A stretch of 64,000 nucleotides of DNA from positions 6,274,202-6,338,201 of the forward strand of contig CM082588.2 in the NCBI GenBank assembly GCA_040954595.2, written 5' to 3'. Source of the DNA: Balanoglossus misakiensis. Lineage: Eukaryota > Animalia > Hemichordata. The notes below the pieces were generated by a model. It was not told where the DNA came from. It searched no databases and was given only the letters and a program-made list of their open reading frames with translations. Shown piece by piece: positions 14,601-27,378 of the stretch. Position 1 is the first letter of the stretch. Every line of letters begins with the position of its first letter. The translations under genes and the position numbers were made by a program.

Positions 14601-15357
14601 TTTCAAAAGACAATGACCTCTTCCACTAAAGCTGCCATGTGTGAAAGCTTCTGCATCGATAATACTGCCATGATTGACCATTTCTTTCATTTCGAATATG
14701 TGCATGCTATGTGGTAGAATTATCATCATACAGCTGTTTTAAGTAATTTGATAAAAGCCCGGATTTTCATCAGACCTCATAATATACACTGGTATCACAC
14801 ATATGTGGTCTTGGAACGTCACAATTAACCATTAAGTCTCTGTGAGCACCGGAAATGTTTACCAACGGCCCAACCCTCGCCGACTATACCAGCGGTCGTT
14901 CGTACGTACGTGCAGATCAACCTCATCTGACCTTTGCTTCATCTCCGCCCTTGCTACCCCATTCATTATCTGGCAGATGCCGGGGCCTTCTAACCTCATC
15001 AGTTGATCAGGGACACTTCCGGCCGCAAACAGCTCTCGCTGATCAAACACACCACGCCTCCAGCGGACAACCCGCCACTCAGTTCATCAATCTTCATCGA
15101 CATGCCAGACGATTACGACCGCATCCTTCAGAACCTCCATGGTGATATTCACTTTGCATAAAAAATACTTCACTCAAAGTTCTGAAAGCACTGTGCAGCA
15201 GTGTACATACCCAAGCCTCCAGATACCACTTCATCCATCCTACAAAATACGTCTCACATCAGTTTGTGTATGCATGATTATGAATTTTACTGTCTTGAAA
15301 ATATGGGAATTTTGCCAATGACAAAACTGGCCATAACATGTGTAGACCAGTACCCCC

Positions 15358-15517
15358 TACAAAAACATTCTACAGACATCTATAGAATTCTGTAGCCTAT
15401 TGAATTTCCGTAGAACTTTATAGAATTTCTATGGATATCCACAGATTTCTGTGAAGGTTGGACCTTTGCATCAAAATCTATAGAATGCTACAGAACTCTA
15501 TGGAACATTTTTTTGTA
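15358..15517. mobile_element. MITE relic with internal ~10-bp TCTATAGAAT-like subrepeats
   Basis: TACAAAAA...TTTTTGTA inverted ends; repeated CTATAGAA/CTACAGAA units. Confidence 0.55.
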
Positions 15518-18500
15518 TACCAAAGGAAAGTGAAGCATGTCCTCTTCCATAAATGATTATTTGAAAATAAAACTATGGCTTTTTACATGAAGGTTCCCCT
15601 GTAGTTAAAATTCTCATCATGACAATATGCGATCTTGGACACTACAGGTATACGCTCACCATTTCAACCTCTCATTTCAGTAAAATAAAACATAAAATGT
15701 CCTGCATCGGACAATAACTTTCCCTGCCCACAGTCTGCAATAAAACCTTAGGCACTCCACTTTCATAAATTTTCAAATGAGGGACATAAAATGGCTGCAT
15801 ACTCTCGTAGCTTTTAAACAAAATAGTTACGATTTATGTCATGTTATACGGAAGCTTGGCATGGATATAAAATAGTGCAGCGCGTGTGTTATGTATTTTT
15901 CTCTGATTAACTTTCTTCTGATTTGTGGCAAAAGGGGATGCATGACGTAAAATAAAGCAATTTTGTTGGGCGAACCACTCCTCTTGAGGGAGTGAGAGGG
16001 AGATGAGATGGGAAGAGGTACAATGAGATTGGGGAGGAAGCGGAGTGTTTACTTTCCGGGGGGATATGGGGAGGATACGAAGGAGGAGTTAAGTGATGAA
16101 GAGGAAGATGGGGGAAAGACTATGCAAACAATCGGAAACAAAGACTCCATCACAGAAACATGATTCAAAGGAAGGATCATTCATAACACACACAGCAAAC
16201 AAAGCACCCACTGTCTGATTGCCATAGTTACAGAGAAATCTCCACGAACTATTGCAGTTATGGTTTTATGGTTGCATTAACACAGGTGACCCCTAATCTG
16301 TCATTGAGTAAAATGTCGCAAGTTTCTCAGAGTGCTTATCAAGGTACAACTGTAGTACCTTCTGATATATGGCACATTATTGACTACCATATTGCCCGCA
16401 TGACCTTTGACACCATTACATGTTTCTTTATAACTTTCCATTTCAACATAAATGTATGTTTGTTTTATACTTCAGATCCCCTGCAGCACGGTTTTCAACG
16501 TAAAATACGACAAATGCAGAAAATTGATATATAAATCACGGCAATAAAGTCACAATTTCAATCTTGCCTACGTAGCGCGAAACAATTTAACATGTGCAAA
16601 ATGTATCATTCGAAAATTTGATGTTTGAATGTTGGTGATTATAGTTTGGCAGCAATTGGAAAGAAGAAGAAAATCAGAAAATTCGACTTTCTGACAGAAA
16701 GCAACAAATTTTATAAGAATTTGTTCATCGGGCATAAAAGATGAAAATTTCTTAACTGTGAGATACAGTTCAAATGGTTTTCCCCTTATATATTATTGTC
16801 TTTTGAGTGACAATACCACAGCACTTTTTTTCAGTAGCCTGTTTTTCCATTGATAACAACTATCACCTATCTCTGTTATCTCACTGGGTGCTACTGGTAC
16901 TTTGCCAGATACATGCATTGCATAATTCCCTGCCACAGAGCAAATATATTGTGAAAGGTAAATACTACAGGCTTCAATATAGAATGCTTTAGCCCCTTAT
17001 CCTACCATTAACATCTCACAAATACCAATATTCTGGCAATAAATGGCTATTAACTCAATCTTTTTGGAACAGTTAGTGCAAAATTACTAAAAACTTGGCA
17101 AGGAATGTGAATTTCTGTCCAAAGTTATCAATATCGATACACCAATAGGAGTTCTAACAAAAATTTCTATTTAGTTTTGGTCTGCTTGGGTAGTTACCCT
17201 AAGGTTAGAAATTCTGCGGTTTTACTAAAGGTTTGCAAGCAAAATAATTACATACGTGTGATACAAATTTAATTATAAATCTCATTTCAGAATTTCGAGC
17301 ATTTTGAGGAAGAAAATGAAAATTTCAGACTTATACATTAATATTGATAATCATAATAATGACCTCTCTGAAATAGGAATATTAATTCTTCAGAGCGATG
17401 GCCATAAAATCAGAGGATGTATACACAGGACCGTAATTCATACTTGTAGAATTGCAAATCAAAATTCAGTGGACTGTTTTGATTTTAATGACAGTTTTTC
17501 AGACCAGTGCTTCCAAGCCTGATTACTACCTGGCAGCCATGAAGCCATTACACTATGATTACAATCTCCCACATTTGCATGCTTCAGTCAGCAAAAAAGA
17601 TCGCCGTGCAAAAATTGTACACTTTCATCAAAATTCCACTGAATTTCACGAGATATTTTGGATTAACCGTCATAATGACTGATAATGTCGTCATGTGTCT
17701 GAGATTTTTTTTTTGCTGACATGCGCTTAAAGTTGACATCACCGAGCCTGCCAGAGTGCCTGGGGTGTAAATACCCAGTATCACTCTGCACCGGGTCAAA
17801 GGTCAAGAAGCTCTTTACCTGTAATTCTCTGGTGTGCCTGGAAGCCAATGTTCATTTTGCTTTGCATGTCATTAAGCAAAATAAAGCACAAAGAAACAGA
17901 TTTTGCTTGAAGAAAAAGGAGCTTGAAAAACCACCAATGTTTTTGGTGTTTGGGCTCAAAAAGATTTCATGTGAATTTGAAATTATCTAAAGTTATCAGT
18001 GACTGTTTCTTGTTCAACTCCCAACAACATGTTGTCTTGCCAGTCTTGAACAGCTTGTCATCACTGCCTACATACAATCAGCAATGTTATTGTCAACAAT
18101 TGAATTTAGTCTGGACTAAAATTCAAATGTCAACAATATTGTACTCACAGTACATGTATGTACTTTTGCGTTTAGACATGTTTTAATGAGTAGAACAAGA
18201 AACTGTATAGTTGTTGCAAAGAGTAAGATGGAGAAATAATCGCCAAAAGTTACAGCTACTGTTCAAATTAACATGTTAGAAAAAAAACCTCGCTAAAGAT
18301 GCTGCAAGCAAGACGCTGTATTATGCAGATTTCAACCAACCCAAGGTCAAAATGAAGAGAGCTTACATAAGGCAGTGTGAATGAAAGAGGCCTGTTCGTT
18401 TATTCACACACATTACCCCAGTACTCAACCACCATGGAATGCGACACCATCATTAAAAAGGTGTCTGACAATAAGTGGGGATGATGTTGTCGGAATTCTA

Positions 18501-21208
18501 AGGGATGACGATACCTTCCAGTGTTCAAGTAAATTGCCTGAATGAGGGGCACTATCGCCCTGCAGGTCGCCATGGTAACAGCCAATTATTCAAATCGACC
18601 AAAAAGACCTGGCAGGCATCTTCACACATCCATTCTGCGACCATTCTGCAGCACCTTCACTGCTATTACACCAACAATGGCGTCTATGCTGAGTGATATA
18701 ATAGCAATTCGCACCAGACGCCGGGATTATACTTACAATTAATTTGCCAGCATCACAGAGCTGCATCAACACCACTCTCCTCTCAAAAGCAGGCTCTACA
18801 TTCAGAATAAAGCACCCATCAACGCGCAAAAGATAAATTCAGCCACCGACGTATATCGGTGCACTTAATTCAGCTTCAGTTGAACTCTCGTAAAAAGGTA
18901 GCAATGAAATTAATTACTAATCGCCGATACGATCCGCTTGATGACAACAGACTGTTCAATCCCAAATCAATTAAGCTGGTAATAAATAGAATTCAGATCG
19001 GACATAATGACAGACCAAGTTCACGCACTGCTACACACTATTTTGGACAGTTTCATGAGAAATATGATATTGATGAGCTGATAATTGACTAATGCGAGCG
19101 ATCGGATCCACAAATCATTTTTTGACACGACCAGGGATGCTACCAGGGCACTTAAAAGTACATCATGTCTGGAATCCCTGGTATCTTTATTGATTCTGTT
19201 TCACAGTATCTGGCACTGACTTGGAAGTTTCTGAGCAATGCATAGCGCTTCTGTGTGAGTTCGCAGCAGCTTGGGGAAAAAGTCCTCACTCGATGATAAT
19301 TTGAGATTCGATCAGATGTACATGTTCTTTCATACATAAATACCACAAAATAGACCGTCCCTCATCTGAAGCGTCACGAGAGTAGCTTTCTTCATGGGTG
19401 CATCTACTTAAAGATGGATGATAGTCCCTCAATTGCAAAATGGAGCATCATTACACCGATCAATTGGGTTTCTTTCAGTAGGCTAAATTGTCAAAAACTT
19501 GACAACACCGGAAAGTCAATTCAGAAAAGGGGATACAAGGCGACTGGATGGTCTACTATCAGTCAATGGATATCCACGACAACAGCAGTAGAGCTCACCT
19601 CAAATCAGAGATCAAATGAGAAATCTGCCAATATGCAGTCAGAATTCCTCATAAAAACACATCCGTTGCCGGACGAAAACAAAACATTTCACTGGTTTTA
19701 TCAGACCTTCCACGGCAACTTTATCGACTAGACTGATAAGATTGCCATGGAAACAGACTAAAATTCTTCCTGTTGGAAATTATAGTTGACCCACAATGGG
19801 GATGACTTTCACTCATATCTCGCACATACGAGTAAATTCACATGAGACCGAGAAGTAATATCTGTAAACGCTACCTGACAACATACAGACTTTCACCGCT
19901 TTTTAACAACTGAAGCCAATGATATACAACTACTTTTCTAGTCAACTCCCATATTTCAGTTTTCAGAATTCAAATGAAAGAAAAAAAGATAAAATTCCTA
20001 CAAACAGCCCACTTTCTTTTATTCCGTAACACTGAGCAAGGACACTAGATATTCCAATCACAGCCTCTGAGGATGGTACTTCAATCTGCTTTGGATACAT
20101 CAAACCTATTGGCTGGCTGTATCCCACTACGTCTACTGTGGTATAAAATAATCCTTTGAACACTTTCCACCCCATACAGTGAATCATTCTGATCTATTCA
20201 CTGGTTTATCTGAATGGAGAATGACTCAGACAAACAGATGCACAGAAATATCCCCGCAAATTCTCAGCAGTGTTGACAAATCATCACAGGGAATCTACAC
20301 ACAAACCCTATCGCTCCACCAGACAGACACGTATAGATTTCTAATTCCCAGCAGTGACATCATCAAGCGGCCGTTGCCCACGGCGGCAGCAACGGTTGCC
20401 GGGCAACAGGACACGGGGAGTCTTTCCCATCTTTCGGGGCTTCCGGCTCCTCCCTGCAGAACTGCCGGATAGATCCAGCTGAGCGAAGCCACCCTCTCGC
20501 TAATCCGGGATTACCCACAGAGGCCAGGCAACAGATGGCACTGAAAATAAACAGCTTCTCAGTGTTCAGAAGCCATTATATATTCAGAACACAAGAACCC
20601 TCAGGTCATGGTGTTTTATAATAACATCTTAATGCTCAGAAGAATAGTGTTATCTGGAAGTTCGCACCTTGTTGTCTGCAGAAACAATAGAATTCCAATT
20701 TACCAGATTCCAATACAACTACGTTGCATAGCATCTTCAAGAGCTAAGATGACACTCAGGACACTGTCATACACCTTTCACCCCCATCTCCATTTGCAGA
20801 GGTCCAACAACAATGAATTTGGACCAAAGCATATGGTGAAAGGGTTTATCTTCTTTTCTCTTTCAAACCACCAAAGTTCAGTGAACTGCATGCATTGAAA
20901 ACCAGACAGTAACATTCTACGATGTAGAGTCACTCCACTTTGCTTCAGCAACGTACTCTCACCTTTCTCCGAAGTCAATAGAAAATTCATGATGACAAGG
21001 AATTTAGTTTTTAATTAACGAAATGCGCCGCCTTCAACTCCTCTGTCACCCATGATACTCCCGAGTCTATAATTTAGACTTGTGAACAGATGAATGAATG
21101 AATAGTATTTCATGAAATGATGTCAAAGTACTCGGTCGGTGATTCAGAAAGACGCTACTTATTTTCTTTGAAATGTTTCAAGCTATCTGAAGGTTGTTAT
21201 CTGTGAAT

Positions 21209-21293
21209 TAGTCTTACTAGTATCTAGCCGTGTGTGTTGTCCGTTAAGTTTCAGAAGCAAAGCGGACAGCATGTGTCTATAGGTACGGGACTA
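21209..21293. mobile_element. 85-bp degenerate palindromic MITE, TAG...CTA ends, 9-bp TSD
   Basis: TAGTC...GACTA ends, internal TGTCCG/CGGACA arms, TCTGTGAAT duplicated. Confidence 0.75.
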
Positions 21294-24200
21294 TCTGTGA
21301 ATTAGCTGAGTTCGCAAGACTGAATAAATTTGGATGCAAACCTGCACTTCTACAAGATAAATCAATTATTGGAGACTTTGTTTTTTCTTCACTGGAATGT
21401 ACGATATTTCAAAGGTGATTGAAGTTTACACAGAGCAAACTTCGTGGCTGTCACCACGTACATCAAAGCGGAAAAAACACAAAACAAGGTGCGAGGAAAC
21501 ATATGCAGATTACACCATCGCATGTAACCAAAAATAACTTAAAAAGGCGCCTTTGTTGCAAGGGAGTGCTAGTTACACAACCAATGTTTTCACTGGGACG
21601 GTGAATAGTGTCTGAAACCAACTGGTCAGGCCTGGCGCAGAAACAATGCCAGTCTGGGTAAAATTCACCGCTCAGGATGTAAAATACATACATGTACATG
21701 TATACCTGCATGCAAACACCACAAAAAATGCACTCAAACTTGATTACATCCGCCTGACAACAAAGCGACTCATTAATGACAATACAACCCTCTCAGACGA
21801 AAATTTGCAATTCGACAAAAATACAAAGTGGCCGTTCCACTCCCCCAGTAGTGAAGTTCAATTCAACCTGTCTGCTTGGTTACCAATCCTTCTTTTTAGC
21901 ACGCCTCCCTTTATTTAGCATGCATGGCTGCCACTTGCCCAGTTATATTAATTAACCGCTTATTTCACCGGTCCCGGTTTCCCCAAATTGACATGTGCCA
22001 CCTTGGTTTAATTAGGACATCCACAGCGCTTAGCCTAACTTCAGTTGGCAACGCACAATCATCAAATGTACAGTTGATTTCACACACAAAACCAAACAAT
22101 TTGTGAAAGACGTTTCATTTTTCAACATCTGTAGGCCAGTATCGACTTCACCTATTGCTAGGAAACCCTACAAGGGAGGTATTATGTAAGACGTCCCATC
22201 TACTATGTACACTTTGCCAGAGTTTTGACAATCTGTTGCATTTATTGCAGTACGAATTGTAGCAGTATGCCTATCTTTGCACCAATACACAGTGACCATC
22301 ACATTTGAGAAGGGTAAAATTAATGATAGGCTGCCTATAATGAGTAACAGCTTCAGGTACAAGTGACCACTTTCAAGAGAGGAATAGAGAAACAGATGGT
22401 GTATTGATGCTGAGTCGAGGTTTTGTATTGAGTTGATTTTTTGTCTTCCCTGTGAACCAGTGTACACATACAGGCAAGGTGGAACAGTGCAGATCATTTG
22501 GTGTAAAGATTGGCGTGGAATTAAGATGTGGTGTATTAGATTGGCGTGAAAAGCATGTGGTGCATGTGCACCCTAGCACAGTTCACACCTACAAATATAG
22601 TACCTGCACAAGGTCACAAACTACGCCATAGCTTGGGTATCAGTAACTGCAAAACACCTCCAAAAACAGTTAAAGTGCCTCTGCCTTGTTTACATAAGTG
22701 TTGATACAAGCCTTGACAGGATTGGTCCAACAATGAACTCCTCCATTAACGCTGGTTAAATTTCAACGCCACAACCTCCAAGTTCAAGATTTCTGATCTG
22801 ACGAGATTAAGGAACAGTCAAGTTTGATGAATGCATGTAACTGTCCTCTGCCATTGCCCGTTACTACCCAACACTTATTTAGACCCCAATAGAACAACAC
22901 TCAAGGTGTCAAACAATTCTGCTGTGTTCCACTGCACAACTTTGGCTAGAAGCCATATATTTTTCTTACAATGAGCCCACATGCCTGCTTGCAAACACGC
23001 ATGAATTCTGCACACATTTGCCAACTGAAGCACATTATGCCAATTTAACGCTTAATTTGCTTTTCGCGGGAAACAATGCCACTGAAAGTTTGAAGGACAC
23101 GACTGAATCATTGAAACCGTCTAAATTTCGCAGTAAGCCTGCACGCGCACCTGAGTTTAGGAACTTGATATTTAATTGTGAGCATAAATTGGCTGCGAAA
23201 TCCCGCCTCTCTCACCCACCCACCAAATCACGACCATTCATTTGCCTCCTGCCAGATTTATGGTTCATGGGTTTTTGGGGCCCAGGGGCCAGATTTGTGA
23301 TCATTTGCCTGTTACAGTCATGAGCATTTGAAAATAGAACAGCGAGTGTATAGTCACTGGTGCTGCAATATGTTTGCACCTGTTTCTTTAAGCGCAAACA
23401 ACAACAGCTACACTGTGTATACTTGCGGCTAATGCACTGTCCATCTCGACTTTTAAAAGAATGGATCAAAAAGTGTACCTGTGCCGAAAAAACGGCACAG
23501 GCAAGGACAACAAGGGGGTCAAAATGTCACAGAGGAAAAACAACAATTAGGGTCTGACCTTGGAAATGCCAAGCACTGGGAATTCAGTAGCTGATGCAGC
23601 TTCAACTCTACACTGAGCTCAAATTCAAACATACACACACAGCAATGACAATGTTACAACTAACCTTCGGGGTCAAAGTTCATCATTAGCACTATCTCTG
23701 AGGACAGATGATGTGTACACACGCTAGGGTTACCATAGAAATACATATATATGAAATCTAGACACAAAGGCTGAGCACAGCCACCATATTTTCAGTACAC
23801 GCTTGTAAGGCAGAGATATTAGTTTCATATTTAAACATAGGTGAGTCACCTTGTGCGTTGTATCCGCACAAAACACAATAATTGGCACCAAAATCGAACC
23901 CGCCAGTGTTTACCTCGCTTTTCGTGTTCCATCCTGTCCGGATCACCCAGGGGGTATAATTGGCCCAGATTCCAGCAATCAGAACACCTCGGTTACGTCA
24001 CCTATTTCCATAAATCCGAGTCGATACGCCGCCGATATCATGTGTATTGTGTGTATATGTGTGTAACAGTCAAAGGAAACTGTACGGTCGTCCCACAATG
24101 CAGTCTGCAGTTATACATTACACTGAAGTATGTGAGGAATGCACTCGCTGAGTTCAAAGCCTGGAAACCAGCATACATAAAATGAACACCTATCACGGCC

Positions 24201-27200
24201 CCTAAATGTGTATACAGTTAACTCAGATTATTTCTTCCAACATGTATGCGTGGTTGAGTATAATATTCTCATGAACTCAACTTCATTTTCACAAATCTCG
24301 TTTATGGAAACGTGCATACCACCCAATGAATAAAAAGAGTAGGTGACGCCTAGCCATTGCTTGTGTCACACACATTTCAGCAAAGCTTGGCTTGTATATT
24401 TATTTAGTTGCATGGCTTAATTGGGGTCCAAGTAATCTCTAGACCTAAGTGATAGCTTCATTAGTGAGTCTAAAGTACACAAAGATTCCAGTCAGCTTGG
24501 CAATCCCGCTGCTTGGTCGTGTCTGCCATCAAAATCAGCCCACTGCAGCACTGTTTTTCACTCGTACTTTCGTACGATATCGTTATCATACTAAGATTTT
24601 CTTAAATATTTACATGCGCAACATTATTTTAGAATTAATTATCAAGGTCTTAGGTCTGTTATCAAATTTGGTCTTATGCAACTCCAATATCCACAACCTA
24701 TCATTCATATTATGTAACACTGATATAGGACCACCACCACCCAACCTGATGGATATACAACACATAGAATTCTTCAAATCAACCAATGCTAAAAAACTCT
24801 ATGCTGCAATTATTAAAACCATCATTCTTGCACCTCCTATGGTGTCCGCCATTTCTGTTAACTGAGATTGCTGTGGGTGTTAATTTGCATCAACGGCTAC
24901 TCAAATGAGCAAAACAGTCTCTCCATCCATCAGCCTTACAAATGCAAACTCACCGCAACAATACATCTCACAATGGTCTGCTTGTCAAGATATTCAGATC
25001 AACTGACTTGAAAAAAAAGTTTTTAAAAAGTTCTGTTTTTGTGCTCTTCAAATTACACCCCAGCAGAAATGGTAACTTGTAATTATTTCAAGCAAACTGT
25101 GGATTGATTGGGATCATTTGAAAGGGCGCAACTGAACTATCAGAAAGACAGTCAGTCAGCCAAGCAAACTTCTTTTAGACTTCTATTCACAGGAATGCCT
25201 TGCATGAGAAAAGAGTTTGTCTATACTCACACTAGCCCTGTTTGTCATCCAGTCAAACCTTCCGCAGGCTTCCTTCAAGGGTTACAAACACCCTGTCCCC
25301 GACGACACAATATAGATCCAAAAGTTGGCAAGAAAATCTACCAGGCAACTGACAGTGACACCAAGCAGCAGATCCGTCCGTACTGTCTTAGCACATGGAC
25401 TGTCTATACACACACACACTGAATATTAAAGTGGGCGGTACACAGACTCTATCAAGGTCATGTGACCACACACCGAGACACTGGAATTATAGTCGCGAAT
25501 CTCCTGAACGAAAAACCCAGTAGCCGACTTTTAGGCACTGAATCAACCCCAGTATTCTTTCTGCTGTGAACTTTAATTTAGTATTAGCTTTTTGGATCTC
25601 GTGACCCTGGAAACACAGCAAGCTACTCACTTCCAGAATATAAAGGTCTGTTTGATCATGGAATTAACATTTGCATAAAATCAGCATATCTTCCTTGGGT
25701 TCCAATTGTTTTTAACACTGGCATACTTAAAAGATTATTAGTAAGAAGTGGTGGACTTGTTATTGAACTTGACGCTTTTTTATTTCACAGTTGAAGGGCA
25801 GGACAAACAGAGACAGAAATAAAATTGAGAGGAAAAAAAATTCATCTATAATGAGATTAGTAATTAATGTTTTATATAAATTGAAAGTCACATACCATAG
25901 TTGGGGAAAGCCTTAGGGCTCTGTTTATACCAAAGGATGTTTTCGTATGTGTGTTTGGTTTTCATTTTCTTTCTCACTTTCAAAACAAACTTGCATGTAA
26001 TTTATAAACAAATTAATCATGGCTTCTTCGATTTGTTTTCACATGAGTAAACGGAAAATTGGAAGAAAAAACAGCACTGAGAAAGATTTCTGATCACTGA
26101 ATTGACATTTGCACCATTAAACTTTCATCCATGGAATTCAATTGATTCCTCTATGATTTTTGTGACACTGAGACTGTATTTTGTAATCTGAACAAGTTTG
26201 ATATTTTATGTGATCACACCCCGGTGAGGGCAGCACAAATCTATCAATGAAGATAAACAGAGGAAGGTGTAATTCTTCTGTCAGACCTCCATGATAGCAG
26301 CTAACCCATTACAATTCTTTTAGACAATACAAAAGCCCCCCTTTTTTCCAGTCCAATAAAAGACAGCATAAACAAGCTCATTAGAATTGGATAACCTGAC
26401 TCTATTGATTGGACTATTCAACTGGAAATGATTCTCATGCCCCCGTTTGAAAAGAAAAACTGCACCATTGTACACGTCAAGTGTTGTTTTGCATGCACAG
26501 TCAAAACACCCCGTACGACACTGTCACCACTCAATGTTATAATTTCGACAAGAAAATTCTGCATTTTCTGTATGTTTTCACCCACTGCACAGTCATGTAA
26601 AATGTTGAAGCCTTCTGCATCAAATATTCTTCAAGATGAATAAAAAAATATCAAAAAATGTGTATAATATGCTGTCATACGACCGACCGTTTTTGAAGCC
26701 GAACAATTTCGACACGCAAGGCGCTAATACATTCAGGGTCAATGTCCTCATTAGTACAGCTAGTCTTGAATAACAGAACAGAACTTGTATCATTTTCAAA
26801 AGTGAGGTCAAGATGAGTCAAACACCTCTATGAATGCAAGCAACTGAATGCAAACATGAATTAACTGAGCACTGCATTAAACTGGGGAGGGTCGTCTGAT
26901 CTGCACATGTGTGACTTTTCTGTTTATAAACACATCACAGGAATCGTTCCCACTGTTCGGAGAGACTCTGCCAACTATTACACATGTTGTACCTAATCAA
27001 AGTAGCTTGGAAATGTGTTCAAGAGAAATAACGTATTATTTGCCATGATGATGTGCAATGTAGCAGTTACACTTTGCGGCTACTTCGACTATCTACATGT
27101 AGCAACTGTGTCGTATGGTTATATACTTGCAAAGGCAAGTATCCTTTATAAATGAAATAATCTGTTTCAAAATTTCTGACTTTAATTTTAAGAAACAAAC

Positions 27201-27301
27201 ACAATTAGTATCATTCTTTTAACATTTGCTGCGTTCACCCTGATGACAGATCAAACTCAGAACTTTCTCTGGCAGAAGTTCAGAAGTTGCCCGTACCATG
27301 A

Positions 27302-27378
27302 TAGTCTAGAATCTATCCGTTCGTAGTCGCATTCACCCTACTACCGAATGCGACTACGAACGGATAGATTCTAGACTA
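27302..27378. mobile_element. 77-bp palindromic non-autonomous DNA transposon, TAG...CTA ends, 9-bp TSD (AcademH-like)
   Basis: Perfect 33-bp inverted arms with an 11-bp loop; GTACCATGA duplicated on both sides. Confidence 0.9.

Noticed and set aside
24449-24865. 138-aa ORF whose end (KKLYAAIIK...PP) faintly resembles an L1/Tx1 ORF2 C-terminus
   Set aside because: No reverse transcriptase or endonuclease motif; too weak without a search.
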